Position numbers and translations under genes: made by a program. A model generated the notes under the pieces. It was not told the origin of the DNA. It ran no database searches and was given only the letters and a program-made list of their open reading frames with translations. DNA of 64,000 bases from Malacoraja senta (taxonomy: Eukaryota), in assembly GCA_038087875.1 (NCBI GenBank), contig CM075997.1, positions 1,738,001 through 1,802,000 on the forward strand, written 5' to 3'. Positions 63,030-64,000 of this stretch are shown one piece after another. Numbering within the stretch: position 1 is the first letter of the stretch; the number at the start of each line of letters is the position of its first letter.

Positions 63030-63960
63030 AGTTGATATGGGAGAGAGGGGGGTGGTGGGGGGACTTGGTGCTGAGATAGATCTGGGTGTCATCAGCATAG
63101 CAGTGGAAGTCCAGGTTGAAGTGACGGAGTATATGACCAAGGGGGAGGATGTAGATGATGAAGAGGAGGGGACCAAGAACGGAGCCTTGGGGAATGCCTT
63201 GAGTGACAGTGGCTGTGGCAGAGGTGTGGTTATGGAGAGTGATGAAGTGGGATCGGTTGGAAAGGTAGGAACGGAGCCAGCTGATTGCAGAACCTTCAAT
63301 GCCAAGGTCTTTAAGTCTGGTAAGCAGAATATGGTTCACGGTATCGAAGGCTGCACTCAGGTCGAGGAGGATGAGGATGTTGAGGGAACCAGTATCAGCA
63401 GAGATGAGGAGGTCGTTGAGGACTTTGAGGAGAGCAGTTTCTGTGCTATGGAGGGGGCGAAAGCCAGATTGGAGGGGTTCGAATAGGTTATACGCGAGGA
63501 GGTGGGAATGAAGTTGTGACGCGACGATACGCTCCAGGGTTTTTGAAAAGAAAGGGGAGGTTTGAGATAGGGCGGTAGTTAATGAGAGAGGAGGGATCAA
63601 GACCAGGTTTCTTTAAGATTGGTGTGACAGCAGCAGTTTTGAAAGCAGAGGGGACAATTCCTTGGGACAATGAGGAGTTGAAGAGATTAGTGAGGTAGGG
63701 GCAGAGAGCAGGGAGGCAGGATTTCAGCAGGGGAGTGGGGAGAGGGTCGAGGGAGCAGGTAGTGGGTTTGGAAGAGCTGATGAGTTTGGAGATTTCAGTA
63801 GGGGTGACCGGGTCAAACTGGGAGAGGAAGCAGTGAGGGGAGGGGTATGGAGATCAGCGGAGATGTTGAAAGGAGGGGCCTTGGTAGGTGGTGGAGTAGA
63901 TGCTGGGGAGTCAGGTACAGGGGATAGAGATTGAAAGATGGTGCTGATTTTGTCAGCGAG
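63030..63960 (-). mobile_element. L2-clade LINE reverse transcriptase fragment (frameshifted)
   Basis: NYRPISNLPF; QSGFRPLHSTETAL; LDLSAAFDTVNH; GIPQGSVLGPLLF; YADDTQIY. Confidence 0.9.
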
Positions 63961-64000
63961 TTACAATAGCCCTCTGGAGCGCTTTCCTCTTAGCCGCTGT

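Noticed and set aside
62056..63600. 514-aa ORF
   Set aside because: Artefact of reading an L2 RT fragment through the N gap into the antisense CpG island.

Overview
This is repeat-dense, essentially non-coding vertebrate DNA. The repeat content points to a cartilaginous fish, probably a skate or ray: HE1-type tRNA-derived V-SINEs sharing a 3' tail with CR1/HER1-like LINEs, Neptune-type Penelope elements, L2, Rex1 and old Deu-domain SINE relics. No intact host CDS is visible. The only gene-like signal is a CpG island with a probable first exon and splice donor at ~62.1-62.8 kb, next to a 200-N gap. Several repeat-free AT-rich blocks look like enhancers. Main result: three short (~140-200 nt) retroposed elements (22279-22416 +, 55774-55970 -, 57403-57545 +) each start at or within 2 nt of the predicted cleavage site of an HDV-like ribozyme. 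Each ends in a (GAA)n tail like the Ingi/Vingi-like LINE fragments in the window and has an 11-bp target-site duplication (TSD). The 55.9 kb ribozyme matches the mammalian CPEB3 ribozyme (sequence recalled from memory) almost exactly in P2/P3/L3. A second system is a large set of Penelope-derived, hammerhead-motif fold-back elements with 12-18 bp TSDs and locus-specific 34-bp tandem arrays. Two CpG-rich Harbinger-like MITEs and several local duplications are also present. Family names come from recognition, not from a database search, and repeat boundaries are approximate.
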